Shown: positions 63,790 through 64,000 of the stretch, piece by piece
Layout: the number at the start of each line of letters is the position of its first letter
How positions within the stretch are numbered: the stretch's first letter is position 1
Assembly (NCBI RefSeq): GCF_006345805.1
Contig: NC_042998.1
Location: 110,918,001-110,982,000 of the forward strand
Length of the DNA stretch: 64,000 bases
Direction: 5' to 3'
Source of the DNA: Octopus sinensis
Lineage: Eukaryota
Notes under the pieces: model-generated
Database searches by the model: none
What the model saw: the letters and a program-made list of their open reading frames with translations, nothing else
Told to the model about the DNA's origin: nothing
Program-made: the position numbers and the translations under genes

Positions 63790-63960
63790 TTGGAGTTTGT
63801 AGGCAAACAAAAGACGAAGAGAGGTGTATGAGCAACAAGCAAGTGTATTAGTTTGACGCTCGGGAAAATGAAAAGGTTCTTTTACGATTCGAGTCTTTTA
63901 CGTTACGCTCTTCAACAGAAAGGAATAAGAGAAAATAAACAGGAAGAGAATGAAAAACAC
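63790..63960 (-). mobile_element. Penelope-type terminal repeat-like fragment (tentative)
   Basis: Minus strand ctgttgaagagcgta...ctcgaatcgtaaaag has the same layout as the 18760 and 24120 repeats, disrupted by an internal duplication. Confidence 0.35.
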
Positions 63961-64000
63961 TTGTATATTTCAGCGGTCAAATATGTGTGTGTACAATATA

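Overview
AT-rich eukaryotic genomic DNA with no multi-exon gene that can be reconstructed. The repeat families (tRNA-derived SINEs, R4/Dong-like, RTE and Penelope-like retroelements, Helitrons, mariner/Tc1, dense di/tri/tetranucleotide microsatellites) look like those of an Octopus genome; this species call is my inference from repeat recognition, not a database result. Most of the window is decayed transposons and simple repeats, and nearly all long ORFs in the supplied track are microsatellite read-throughs or TE fragments. Host-gene signal is limited to a probable terminal coding exon on the minus strand (56801-57068) and two phase-compatible candidate small exons on the plus strand (1970-2010, 6797-6820). 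Best second-look items: (1) a hammerhead-ribozyme core inside a ~251-bp directly repeated unit (retrozyme/Penelope-like, 44537-44813), plus further degenerate hammerhead motifs; (2) an (AAT)n array hit by several different R4/Dong-like 3' ends and a non-coding partner element (40.7-43.1 kb), mirrored at 0.86-1.76 kb; (3) many fold-back structures, including a 543-bp palindrome with a perfect 61-bp inner stem and two pre-miRNA-sized hairpins. I found no clear evidence of a wholly new multi-gene system. All coordinates were read by eye, and TE boundaries are approximate.
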